From NCBI RefSeq assembly GCF_009914755.1, contig NC_060935.1: 64,000 nt of DNA; one strand, written 5' to 3'. Shown in pieces: positions 63,017-64,000 of the stretch (within the stretch, counting starts at the first letter, position 1; the number at the start of each line of letters is the position of its first letter). The DNA comes from the human T2T-CHM13v2.0 reference genome, Homo sapiens. The notes under the pieces were generated by a model. The model was not told the origin of the DNA. It worked only from the letters and a program-made list of their open reading frames with translations, and did not search any database. Position numbers and translations under genes: made by a program.

Positions 63017-64000
63017 CTATAAACAAAAGGGGGAGAAGAAGACAAAGGGGTAATTCATGGAGATTATGAACATCTCTTATGTCCCCTGGACACTACCGCT
63101 TGAGCCAAAGCCTTAATACCTCTCACTTGGTCTATTAATATACTAAGTCCCTCTCTCTCCAATCCACCAACTCATCCTTCACTCCTCTGACTACAATCCT
63201 GCTGCTGGGGGCAACTTTCTCCCCCTTTTGTCTGTCTAATGCGATTCCTCATCTGATGTCCAGCAAAAATGCCACTTCCTCAGAAAGGAACCATTCTTGA
63301 CCACCATTCCAGTCCTTATTTCTGTTTACTTTGACAGAATAAAGCCCTACTCTGCGCTAACACTGTCCTTTGCTACCTCATAACCATTCCTGATCCTTCA
63401 GGCAAGCAACTTCTAAAAAGCCTTCCCTAAATTGGTTTAGGGGCTCCTCTTCTGTGCTCCATAGTTCTTTCTGCACTCTTCCATCACATCACTCATTTAT
63501 TTAACACCTATTTCCCCTGATGTACGGTCAGCTCTGGGCTGATTCCTTTACATCTACTGCACCCAGCATAGTGCTTGGCACAAAACAAAAGAATGCTGGA
63601 TGGATAAAAGGACATAAATAAGTGATTTTAAAAATCTGTTTAAAAGCCTTTAATAGGGCCACATTCTCACCATTCTCCAATAAGAAATCACACCAACCTT
63701 CACTTGCATAGGATTTTATGTTTATGCTTTTAAACATATTATCTTGTTTAATTTTCAGCTAATCATATGAGATCAGTAATTATAAATAAGCAACTTGAGT
63801 TTCAGAGAAGTTAAGTGACTTGTCCAGAGCAGGGAGCAGTATGTAGCTACTCAGAATCTGGGACTCCAAGTCATGCTTTTTCCATATGAGATGGACTCTG
63901 TTCCAGCTGGGTTCGTTCCTTCCTCATACTTCTGCTGATACTGGAACCCCAGTTCAAGCAACTCCCTGCTCTGTTTCTATTCCAGTCAGCTTTTAAGGTT

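Overview
Human genomic DNA from the UCP2-UCP3 cluster (11q13.4); all three genes lie on the minus strand. The window holds UCP2 almost complete (8 exons, 309-aa CDS, 36-aa uORF, CpG-island promoter; the distal 3' UTR runs off the left edge). It holds UCP3 complete (7 exons, 312-aa UCP3L and 275-aa UCP3S read-through form, TATA/DR1 promoter) and the 3' end of C2CD3 (four coding exons of the long isoform plus a short alternative terminal exon). The UCP2-UCP3 intergenic region is Alu-dense and contains two processed pseudogenes, one DPPA4-derived and one FAM91A1-derived; the first is probably nested in the 3' UTR of the second. Most notable: the penultimate C2CD3 intron is a U12-type (minor spliceosome) intron with a candidate U2-type donor/acceptor pair that also keeps the frame (twintron-like, +11 aa), and a polyadenylated short isoform ends upstream and avoids this intron. 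Other points: two candidate uORFs in the UCP3 leader, an Alu-Alu-mediated 187-bp tandem duplication, and a dispersed 310-bp duplication with a template-switch junction. Gene identities come from recognising translated sequence; no database search was run. Repeat boundaries are approximate.
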